Virus record (IMG/VR): IMGVR_UViG_3300031519_000170
Location: 1-27,778 of that record
DNA: 27,778 nt
Direction: 5' to 3' (one strand)
Source of the DNA: a virus
Lineage: Duplodnaviria; Caudoviricetes
Shown piece by piece: positions 1 through 6,860 of this stretch. The stretch's first letter is position 1; the number at the start of each line of letters is the position of its first letter. The translations under genes and the position numbers were made by a program. The notes beneath the pieces are model-generated. The model worked only from the letters and a program-made list of their open reading frames with translations, searched no databases and was not told where the DNA came from.

Positions 1-1570
1 TTGTTTCTTTTTCGTATTTAGCATTCAAAAGCCTTCCAATAACTGAAAAAGGACTGCATTGGTCTAATTGCGCTACTTTTGCTATTCCGTTGCCAGCAGA
101 CACTAATCTATCTCCTGCTTCTCCAATACCTTGCACGTTTACTCTCACTCTTCCTTTAAGTGCAATCGCTGGATGTGAATCATTATTTCCTGCTTCACTG
201 TTCATTAGATATGCTGGTTTTTCTGATACAACACCAAACGCTTTTGTAGAATTTTCTTCTTTGCAAAGTGTTATTTCCTTTGTACCACCCAATTCAACCA
301 CATCTCCTACTTGCATTGGTTGATCTGCGGCATAACGCTCTGCCAAGTCAGCATATTGAGATGCTGTTGCTGTTGCGTGTACAACATTGGCTCTAATATC
401 TACCAATGTGGCGGCTGACATTTCGTCTCCACCACCTGATTTGAATGCTGTAAATGCACCTCCCGCTTGGCCAAAAATTGTTGTGCCGTCGTCTGCAAAG
501 GTTTCGTCCCACACCCAATATAAATCTTGTTCTGTAGCAGTGGAAGTTGCTCCTCTGTTGACTTTTAATCCCGAGAACTGAGGCATTGCCGCCGCACTTG
601 AAATATTTCTATTGATTTCAATTATGTTGTCTTCAACTGTTAAAGTGTTTGTGTTAATCACAGTAGATGTGCCTTCTACAGTTAAATCACCAACAAGTAA
701 AGTTTCTATTCTGCCTGTTGACCCTTTGATACGTAGAGCCTCTTTGGTTGAGCCACCATCGTTTACTGTAAAAATAATATCTTTATCCTGTGTTGTTTGT
801 GCAATCGTAAAATCATCTGAGGTCAAAGACATAGTAATATCAGATCCACCACCAATTGTAATACCACTGTCATTTAAAACTCCTAAAGAGCCTGATGTTG
901 TATCATTGGCATTTGATTTTAAATAGTTGGCCGCCGCTTCACCACCTAGTTTGTCTGAGTCAGTTGCTGTTCCTGTTAATTTAATATCTGCTATTGCAGT
1001 TGAAAGTGTAATACCTTTTGTAATTGTGGCAAATCCACTTATGCTGGTACCAGGAGTAAAACTATCTGCAGACACAATTGCAACGTTTGTGTCATTTGTT
1101 ACAAATCTCAATATTGATTTTTGCACTCCAACGTTATCTTCAATGGCTTCTGCTACTACTTGAGTAACACCTGATCCTGTAACTGTTGTTGGACCAATTA
1201 GTGTCCATGTTGTACCGTTGTAAATGTAGTACTGTAAATTTAATGTATCAAACCAACTGTCACCTAGTACTGCATTGCTTGGTTGTGATGTTGAATTTGT
1301 TGGTCCGCCTACAGGTTTAAATTTTGTGCCTGTGTAGACATTCAATCTATTGTTTAAAGAATCATACCAAAGTTGTCCTTTGATCTTGTTTGAAGGTTCG
1401 CTTGTATTAGAAAAATTTTCTAACAGCTTGACTAAGTTTTCATTTAGTCTTTCACCAAACCCAGCGTAACCTTTTCCAATTAAGGTAAGGTCGGTCGTAG
1501 TAGTGTCTATTGTACCGTCTGCTAGTACTTTAAGTACTGTACCTGCTGTGTTGTTAATGGTATAAGCCAT
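1..1570 (-). CDS. Tail fibre / baseplate-attached fibre paralogue C with C-terminal peptidase-G2-like chaperone domain (3' end outside window; absent from ORF track)
   Basis: Manual translation from ATG at 1570: MAYTINNTAGTVLKVLADGTIDTTTTDLTLIGKGYAGFGERLNENLVKLLENFSNTSEPSNKIKGQLWYD...SQYADLAERYAADQPMQVGDVVELGGTKEITLCKEENSTKAFGVVSEKPAYLMN...IALKGRVRV...VIGRLLNAKYEKET. The frame is open to the window edge (at least 523 codons). Clearly paralogous to 4660..6150 and 3191..4648. Confidence 0.9.
   Translation of the reverse strand, partial: MAYTINNTAGTVLKVLADGTIDTTTTDLTLIGKGYAGFGERLNENLVKLLENFSNTSEPSNKIKGQLWYDSLNNRLNVYTGTKFKPVGGPTNSTSQPSNAVLGDSWFDTLNLQYYIYNGTTWTLIGPTTVTGSGVTQVVAEAIEDNVGVQKSILRFVTNDTNVAIVSADSFTPGTSISGFATITKGITLSTAIADIKLTGTATDSDKLGGEAAANYLKSNANDTTSGSLGVLNDSGITIGGGSDITMSLTSDDFTIAQTTQDKDIIFTVNDGGSTKEALRIKGSTGRIETLLVGDLTVEGTSTVINTNTLTVEDNIIEINRNISSAAAMPQFSGLKVNRGATSTATEQDLYWVWDETFADDGTTIFGQAGGAFTAFKSGGGDEMSAATLVDIRANVVHATATASQYADLAERYAADQPMQVGDVVELGGTKEITLCKEENSTKAFGVVSEKPAYLMNSEAGNNDSHPAIALKGRVRVNVQGIGEAGDRLVSAGNGIAKVAQLDQCSPFSVIGRLLNAKYEKET
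881..1030. repeat. Diverged direct repeat, copy 1 (partner 5461..5610), inside fibre paralogues
   Basis: Gapless manual alignment at offset 4580 gives about 121/150 identical nt. Core 986..1027 vs 5566..5607 is 39/42 identical. Confidence 0.85.
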
Positions 1571-1579
1571 TTTTCTTTC

Positions 1580-1756
1580 CTAATTTGATCCGTTATCTCT
1601 TATAAATGTTAAAAAACTAACATCACCTAGTAACTTTATCAAAATAGTTGCTACTTCTGGATTTAATTTTTCATCCACTTTAGCAATTTCTTCTGGAGTC
1701 AATAGTGATTGATAGTTGTCATTAATATAATCTGCTACTTCTTGTTGTGTTGCCAT
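1580..1756 (-). CDS. Small acidic hypothetical protein, 58 aa (absent from ORF track)
   Basis: MATQQEVADYINDNYQSLLTPEEIAKVDEKLNPEVATILIKLLGDVSFLTFIRDNGSN-TAG. AAGGAG Shine-Dalgarno 5 nt upstream of the ATG. It fills the gap between the flanking genes. Confidence 0.85.
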   Translation of the reverse strand: MATQQEVADYINDNYQSLLTPEEIAKVDEKLNPEVATILIKLLGDVSFLTFIRDNGSN

Positions 1757-1761
1757 GTTTT

Positions 1762-1767
1762 CTCCTT
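1762..1767 (-). promoter_or_regulatory. Shine-Dalgarno AAGGAG for the 58-aa ORF
   Basis: Minus strand reads TAAGGAGAAAAC-ATG. Confidence 0.8.
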
Positions 1768-1774
1768 ATTGTAA

Positions 1775-3184
1775 TTATCTAATTTCTGGATCATAGACTT
1801 CTAGCCACTCGCCAAATTTGTGTTCAACAAATGGTCTGACTATAAATCCTACGCCAAAACAGAAGGATTCTCCTATCCATCTTGTAAATTTTCCTAAAAT
1901 ATCCCCCTTGGATCGTTTGCCCATCTGGTAGGCTAATTCATTTGCTCTCGCTTGTGCCAATACTTTAATAACATCAGTCACCAAGCCACCAAACCATGAT
2001 TTAGTTTCTGCTGAATCTTGCATGTATTGAACTAATGGAATTGCCCAGAACCAATAACCAATTTTTGTAGTTCTGCCCAAATGTTTGACTGAAAACTCAG
2101 TATCTATCTGTAAATCTTGTAAAGTGAACATGCCTTTATTTTGTAACCATGTACAAATGACACGCCCGCCGCCGCCGCCTCCACCACCGCCTGAGCCTGC
2201 TGATCCTGAAGTGCTACCTCCAGATGCATCACCAAATCCTGCTGATGTTGAATTAAAGTTTATACCGGAATTGAAAATTGCTTTCCATGCTCCTCCAATT
2301 TTAGCATATCCTGCTGTAATTGTTTTCCAGGCACCATCTTTTTTTGTGTAGACTTCTGTAATTTGTTTCCAAGCACCGCCTACTTTAACAAATGATTCTG
2401 GACTTACTGTAAAAATTATATGTGCCAACCCATTTCCGCCCGATGAAGCTTGGTTTCCACCTGTGCCAACTCCTGCTTGATATCTTGCATCACCAGATCC
2501 ACCTGGTGTTTGTCCTGATGGGTTTGCTTCTGATGCTCCTGATGGCAATAAATTTGATCCTGTTTTACCACCTGTGCCTCCTGTGTCACCCGAACCACCG
2601 CTACCACCTGTACCACCGTCGGCTCCACCACCTCCGGCTCCACCTGCACCACCGTCTCCGTTGTGATTGGCTCCGTTTTCTCCCAGTGTACCTGGTGAAT
2701 TTCCTGTTGCTGAATTTGAATTTATGCCTGCTGTACCTACGCCGGTTCGGCCATCACCTGCACCACCACCACCGCCTCCTGCGATCATAAGGTCGTTTCC
2801 GTCTATTGTGATTACAGTGGCTCCGCCACCTCCACCACCTGCTCCTGAAGATCCGTTTGGTCCTGATCTTCCACCAACGCCTCCTGAAAAACCTGTTAAA
2901 CTTCTGCCATTGGCACCACCTGGTGCTGAACCACCTGCGGCTCCTCCTGCTCCACCACCACCAACTCCAACTGACATAGTTTTACCTACGTTAGCAGTCA
3001 TTGATAATGTTGCATGAAAGGTGTGTTGTGAGCCTGAGCCTGTTCTACCTCCACCAGCTTGGTCGCCACCTCCGCCACCACCGCCACCTCCCCAAAGGTA
3101 AACTGCCGCGGCTGTTGTACCTGCAGGCACAATTAAATTTTGTGTGGTACCTGTGTACGTGAATGTTTTAGTTACTGTTGGCAT
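1775..3184 (-). CDS. Glycine-rich (polyglycine-II type) fibre-tip adhesin-like protein with 3x KxxGAWK repeat and uncharacterised C-terminal helical domain
   Basis: N-terminal TFTYTG..Q...VPAG....VYLWGGGGGGG followed by many Gly tracts (aa ~1-255). Three 14-aa repeats (FVKVGGAWK / YTKKDGAWK / YAKIGGAWK), then a Gly9 linker and an RVICTWL... domain of ~129 aa. Lies directly downstream of a fibre gene. Confidence 0.7.
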   Translation of the reverse strand: MPTVTKTFTYTGTTQNLIVPAGTTAAAVYLWGGGGGGGGGDQAGGGRTGSGSQHTFHATLSMTANVGKTMSVGVGGGGAGGAAGGSAPGGANGRSLTGFSGGVGGRSGPNGSSGAGGGGGGATVITIDGNDLMIAGGGGGGAGDGRTGVGTAGINSNSATGNSPGTLGENGANHNGDGGAGGAGGGGADGGTGGSGGSGDTGGTGGKTGSNLLPSGASEANPSGQTPGGSGDARYQAGVGTGGNQASSGGNGLAHIIFTVSPESFVKVGGAWKQITEVYTKKDGAWKTITAGYAKIGGAWKAIFNSGINFNSTSAGFGDASGGSTSGSAGSGGGGGGGGGRVICTWLQNKGMFTLQDLQIDTEFSVKHLGRTTKIGYWFWAIPLVQYMQDSAETKSWFGGLVTDVIKVLAQARANELAYQMGKRSKGDILGKFTRWIGESFCFGVGFIVRPFVEHKFGEWLEVYDPEIR

Positions 3185-3190
3185 TTGGGA

Positions 3191-4648
3191 TTAAGCCTCC
3201 CTTACAAACCAAAGATCTCCATTAGCACCTTGACCGCTCGTGGGTGCGGTGGTCTCAATGTATCTATTGCCTGCTACACTGTTGCTACTGTCATCTGATA
3301 TGACACTGCCGCCCCAACGTTTAATAGACTCTGCTATTTGTCCAATACTTGGCGTTTTAGCATTTGAAGTATCTGATGTTGCAATGTTTGACCCAACTGC
3401 TCCCAATGTCAAACTTGTTACTTTTAAATCACCTGAAGATGAATCTGTAGTTAAACCTTTTGTGCCTTTGTTTGCATCCCCATCATCTGTTAAATCTGCT
3501 AATCTAATTACTTGTGAATAAGATGCACCGTGTCCTGCTGACCAAAAGTTTTCTGACACATCGTAGAATAATCTTGCGTCGTCAGTGTCTGAAGTTTCAA
3601 CTATTAATCCTGCATCAACTTCTGAATTGCCTGTGTTTAGTTTTACAAATGCATCGTCAATTGTATTGATCGTGCTTGTAGTATTTGAATATTCTCCAGA
3701 TACATTTAAATTTCCTGTTATTGTTACGTTACCTACCATGCCAATAGCACCTGTAGATCCTGTGAACGTTAGTGGAGTTACAGTTGAACCACCATCATTT
3801 ATTGTAAACGCTAAATTTTTATCTTGTCTAGTTTGTGCTACTGTAACATCTCCTGATGAAACTGTTACTGTCAACTCTTGTGAGTCTCCAACAATTAAAC
3901 CTGAATCTGAATCGATAGTTAATGCACCTGTTGTAGTATCTGCCGCGTCTGCTCTTAAAAAATTTCCCCCTGCTATTAAAGTTGAAGAGGTGTTTGTTGA
4001 TCCTGATACATCTATTGCTGATGCTGAAGTTGTTGTGCCTTCAAACACTGCACCCAATGTAGAGTTCAATGTTAAACCAGCTTTGATTGATGCAAATCCT
4101 GTTCTTGAACTTTGTGGTGTAAATGTTTCTTTCGAAAGAATAGCAACTTCTGTGTTTCCCACAAACATCGATGCAATTACTTTGCTTACACCTGAACTGT
4201 TGTTGATAATAGCAACTTTCCAACCTGATAATGTTTGTGTGCTAGTAAAAACTGGACCTAAAAGTTGCCAAGCACTACCTGTGTAAAAGTAAACTTGATC
4301 ATCATCGGAATCGTGCCATAAATCACCAGCACTTGCTGATGTTGGTTCTGCCGACTGAGACTTTGCTCCACCTGTTGGTTTGAACGCTGTGCCATCATAG
4401 ACTTTAATTTGTCCAGATGTTGCATCATACCAAAGCTCACCTGTTAGTGGGCTAGTTGGTGCACTAGTTGATGCGCTGTTTTCTAAAAGTTTAATTTGAT
4501 TTTCATTCAAAAATTCACCAAAGCCTGAATAGCTTTTTCCAAACAATGTTATACTAGTTGAATTATCAATTGTGCCATCAGCTAAAGTAGTAGTACCATT
4601 TGCTAATGTTAATGCTGTTCCGTCTGTTTTGTTAATTGTATATGGCAT
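3191..4648 (-). CDS. Tail fibre paralogue B (no C-terminal chaperone domain; ends in APTSGQGANGDLWF motif)
   Basis: Shares the N-terminal module (GK.Y.G.GE..NEN..KLLEN, G.LWYD, GDLW.D) with the other two fibres. Thr/Ser/Gly-rich beta-type shaft. Confidence 0.8.
   Translation of the reverse strand: MPYTINKTDGTALTLANGTTTLADGTIDNSTSITLFGKSYSGFGEFLNENQIKLLENSASTSAPTSPLTGELWYDATSGQIKVYDGTAFKPTGGAKSQSAEPTSASAGDLWHDSDDDQVYFYTGSAWQLLGPVFTSTQTLSGWKVAIINNSSGVSKVIASMFVGNTEVAILSKETFTPQSSRTGFASIKAGLTLNSTLGAVFEGTTTSASAIDVSGSTNTSSTLIAGGNFLRADAADTTTGALTIDSDSGLIVGDSQELTVTVSSGDVTVAQTRQDKNLAFTINDGGSTVTPLTFTGSTGAIGMVGNVTITGNLNVSGEYSNTTSTINTIDDAFVKLNTGNSEVDAGLIVETSDTDDARLFYDVSENFWSAGHGASYSQVIRLADLTDDGDANKGTKGLTTDSSSGDLKVTSLTLGAVGSNIATSDTSNAKTPSIGQIAESIKRWGGSVISDDSSNSVAGNRYIETTAPTSGQGANGDLWFVREA
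3196..3200 (-). promoter_or_regulatory. Shine-Dalgarno GGAGG for the glycine-rich gene, embedded in the last codons of fibre B
   Basis: Minus strand reads AGG GAG GCT TAA TCCCAA ATG. Confidence 0.55.
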
Positions 4649-4656
4649 ATTATCAG

Positions 4657-4664
4657 TATTTATA
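4657..4664 (-). promoter_or_regulatory. T4-type late promoter TATAAATA overlapping the stop codon of fibre A
   Basis: Minus strand reads AAA CTA TAA ATA CTGATAAT ATG. Exact match to the T4 gp55 consensus, 8 nt before the next ATG. Confidence 0.75.
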
Positions 4665-6150
4665 GTTTTCCTACAGATACAAAGATCCTACCAACCTCTG
4701 TTGAATTGTAGTTTTCTAAAGCCTTTCCTATTATAGTGCCAGTTTTTGGGTCACTTGCTTTTTTTGCACAACCTTCATGCACTCCACAAGTTGTCAAAAG
4801 ATCACCTTTTTCAATTGTACCATGAACTTTTACAGGCACTTTTCCAACAAGTGCAATTGGTTGGCCATCTGCAGAGTCATTCATTAGATACGCAGGCTTA
4901 TCACTAATCACTCCTGCTACTCTTGTATCTTGTGCGAATTTGCTCATTGTTACTTCTTTGTCTCCGCCAAAAATCATTACTGTACCAACTTCGTACTGAT
5001 TATCAGATTCGTATATCTCAGCCAAGTCAGCGTATTGTGCAGACGTTGCCTGCGCATAAACTGTATTGTATTTTTTACTTGATGTACCTATATCATATGT
5101 TGTGTTTGCGTCTGGCAAAATAGCACGTGATGTAATATTGCCTGCCATAGTCAAAGAACCCATTGTGTTGGCTCCTGAACTTGTTAAGTTACCTGCAACA
5201 TTTCCTGTTAGCGGTCCTGCAAAAGCAGTTGATGTTGTTGTGCCGGAAACTTGTAATTTTGTTGTTGGAGTAGCAGTGCCAATACCTATTCTGCTTTCCG
5301 CGCCGTCTATTGTCATTACTGTAGTTGCTGTGCCAGCGTCATTAACTTTAAAAGTGATATCTGTATTTGACACAACGTTTTGAATAATTGCGCCTCCACT
5401 ATCTATAGAAAATTTTAAATCATTGTCAGCACCAACAGTTAAGCCAGAATCATTTACAATTCCTAAAGTGCCAGTGGTTGTGTCATTGGCATTTGATCTT
5501 AGATAGTTTGCCGCGGCAACATTACCTAGCTTGTCCGAATCTGAAGCTGTGCCTGCAAATTTTAAATCTGATATTGCAGTTGAAAGAGTGATACCTTTTG
5601 TAATTGTAGTGAAACCTGATATAGAAACTTTTGGAGTAAAACTGTCTTCTGAAATTATTGCAATTAAGTTTCCATCGTTGTACTGATAAGTTACATTTTG
5701 ATTAGTGTCTGTTGAATCTGCTATTGTGTTATAAACAAATCCGTTTAATGTTCCAGTTGAAGAAGGTGGACCTACTAAAATATTTGCTGATCCATTGTAA
5801 AAGTATAATTGTCCTGTGTCAGCATCAACCCAAAGGTCTCCTGCATTTTGTCCACTTGGTTCGGCTGATGCATAAACTGCACCTGAAGTTGGTTTAAATG
5901 TTCCATCATACACTTTAAGTTTTGCGTTTGTAGTGTCATACCAAAGTTGTCCTGTAATTGGTTTGGTTGGTGCTGATGTATTTGCAAAATTTTCTAAAAG
6001 ATGTAAAAAATTTTCAGCAACAGTTTCGCCGTATCCTGCATAACCTTTTCCTATAAAACTTAAATCAGTTTGTGTATTCAATACTGAATCTTGCACTGTG
6101 TAAGCGTTAGGAGATGCTGAACTGTTAGTTTTGTTTACTGTGTATGCCAT
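4660..6150 (-). CDS. Tail fibre paralogue A with C-terminal peptidase-G2-like intramolecular chaperone / autocleavage domain
   Basis: Shared N-terminal module; RIGIGTATPTTKLQVSG fibre repeat; C-terminal SAQYADLAEIY...GTVMIFGG...VAGVIS.KPAYLMN...IALVGKVPVKV.G...GTIIGKALE, resembling the D-x-A-E autoproteolytic domain of the phi29 gp12 family. Confidence 0.82.
   Translation of the reverse strand: MAYTVNKTNSSASPNAYTVQDSVLNTQTDLSFIGKGYAGYGETVAENFLHLLENFANTSAPTKPITGQLWYDTTNAKLKVYDGTFKPTSGAVYASAEPSGQNAGDLWVDADTGQLYFYNGSANILVGPPSSTGTLNGFVYNTIADSTDTNQNVTYQYNDGNLIAIISEDSFTPKVSISGFTTITKGITLSTAISDLKFAGTASDSDKLGNVAAANYLRSNANDTTTGTLGIVNDSGLTVGADNDLKFSIDSGGAIIQNVVSNTDITFKVNDAGTATTVMTIDGAESRIGIGTATPTTKLQVSGTTTSTAFAGPLTGNVAGNLTSSGANTMGSLTMAGNITSRAILPDANTTYDIGTSSKKYNTVYAQATSAQYADLAEIYESDNQYEVGTVMIFGGDKEVTMSKFAQDTRVAGVISDKPAYLMNDSADGQPIALVGKVPVKVHGTIEKGDLLTTCGVHEGCAKKASDPKTGTIIGKALENYNSTEVGRIFVSVGKL
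5461..5610. repeat. Diverged direct repeat, copy 2 (partner 881..1030)
   Basis: See copy 1. Both encode TITKGITLSTAI.D.K..GTA.DSDKLG..AAANYL.SNANDTT.G.LG. Confidence 0.85.
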
Positions 6151-6152
6151 TT

Positions 6153-6845
6153 TTAATAAGTTGTAGTTGTTGTTGTTCCTGTTGATGTTGTTTCATTAAA
6201 ACTTGTTAAACTTTGTATTCTTAAAGTATAATCAATTTGTATTAATCTGTTTAAAGATTTTTGAACTGGGTGGAATATTACATGAGTCAACAACTTGTTT
6301 GTTGAACCGTTCTCAGTGCCTTCCCAAGACTTCAATGCTAATTCGTCAAAAACATAATCACCATTAAAATTTGTTGTGTTATCAAATGCAGATTGACCTG
6401 TTGGTTCACCATAATCTAAAGTGCAAGTAGTAACTATATCAGTGTATTTGTTTCCTGCTGTATGTCTTACTTCCATTTTATTTCTAGATGTATCTTTATT
6501 TGTCGATGAATTATCATCAACTACTTTATAATATGTTTGACTGTACAACGTTGCGTTGGTTCCTGTTGAATTTGGAGTAAGATATGTAATCACTCCTGTA
6601 GTGTCAACTGTTGTTCCGCCATTTCCAAAAGCCATTTCATGAACAAAACCAGTGGTTTTGTTTGCTAATGAATTTGCTAATGCTGTACTCATATTTTCAT
6701 AGTGTATAGCATTTCTTTTATCCACTATTACCTCGCCTGATTCAGGATCCCATATTTTGATGTGTCCTTGCATCATTACACCTGATTTATCGTCAGGCTT
6801 TTTAGCTGTATCTTCTTGTTTATTTTCTACTTGATCTTCTTGCAT
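6153..6845 (-). CDS. Conserved virion / baseplate structural protein, ~230 aa (start revised from 6869 to 6845)
   Basis: Motifs GHIKIWDP..GE..VDKRNAIHYENMS, FGNGGT.VD..G.ITYL, LDYGEP.GQ.AFDN, VFDEL.L and LLTHVIFHPVQKSLNR resemble those I recall from jumbo-myovirus tail modules. ATG 6845 lies 7 nt after an AATAAATA box and avoids overlapping the upstream gene. Confidence 0.75.
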   Translation of the reverse strand: MQEDQVENKQEDTAKKPDDKSGVMMQGHIKIWDPESGEVIVDKRNAIHYENMSTALANSLANKTTGFVHEMAFGNGGTTVDTTGVITYLTPNSTGTNATLYSQTYYKVVDDNSSTNKDTSRNKMEVRHTAGNKYTDIVTTCTLDYGEPTGQSAFDNTTNFNGDYVFDELALKSWEGTENGSTNKLLTHVIFHPVQKSLNRLIQIDYTLRIQSLTSFNETTSTGTTTTTTY

Positions 6846-6852
6846 GTTATTG

Positions 6853-6860
6853 TATTTATT
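6853..6860 (-). promoter_or_regulatory. Late-promoter-like AATAAATA overlapping the stop codon of the 4297-aa gene
   Basis: Minus strand reads CCA GAA TAA ATA CAATAAC ATG; 7/8 match to TATAAATA. Confidence 0.62.

Noticed and set aside
1775-2164. Intein / Hint domain after the poly-Gly linker
   Set aside because: It lacks the CF..GT start, the TxxH block and the terminal HN, and the sequence looks helical rather than all-beta.
2165-3093. (CCN)n runs as microsatellites or a CRISPR-like array
   Set aside because: They are mixed Gly codons encoding polyglycine; there is no constant repeat-spacer structure.
881-5610. Repeat pair as a diversity-generating retroelement TR/VR or an invertible shufflon
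   Set aside because: Mismatches are not adenine-specific, both copies are mid-gene coding in direct orientation, and no reverse transcriptase or invertase is present in the window.
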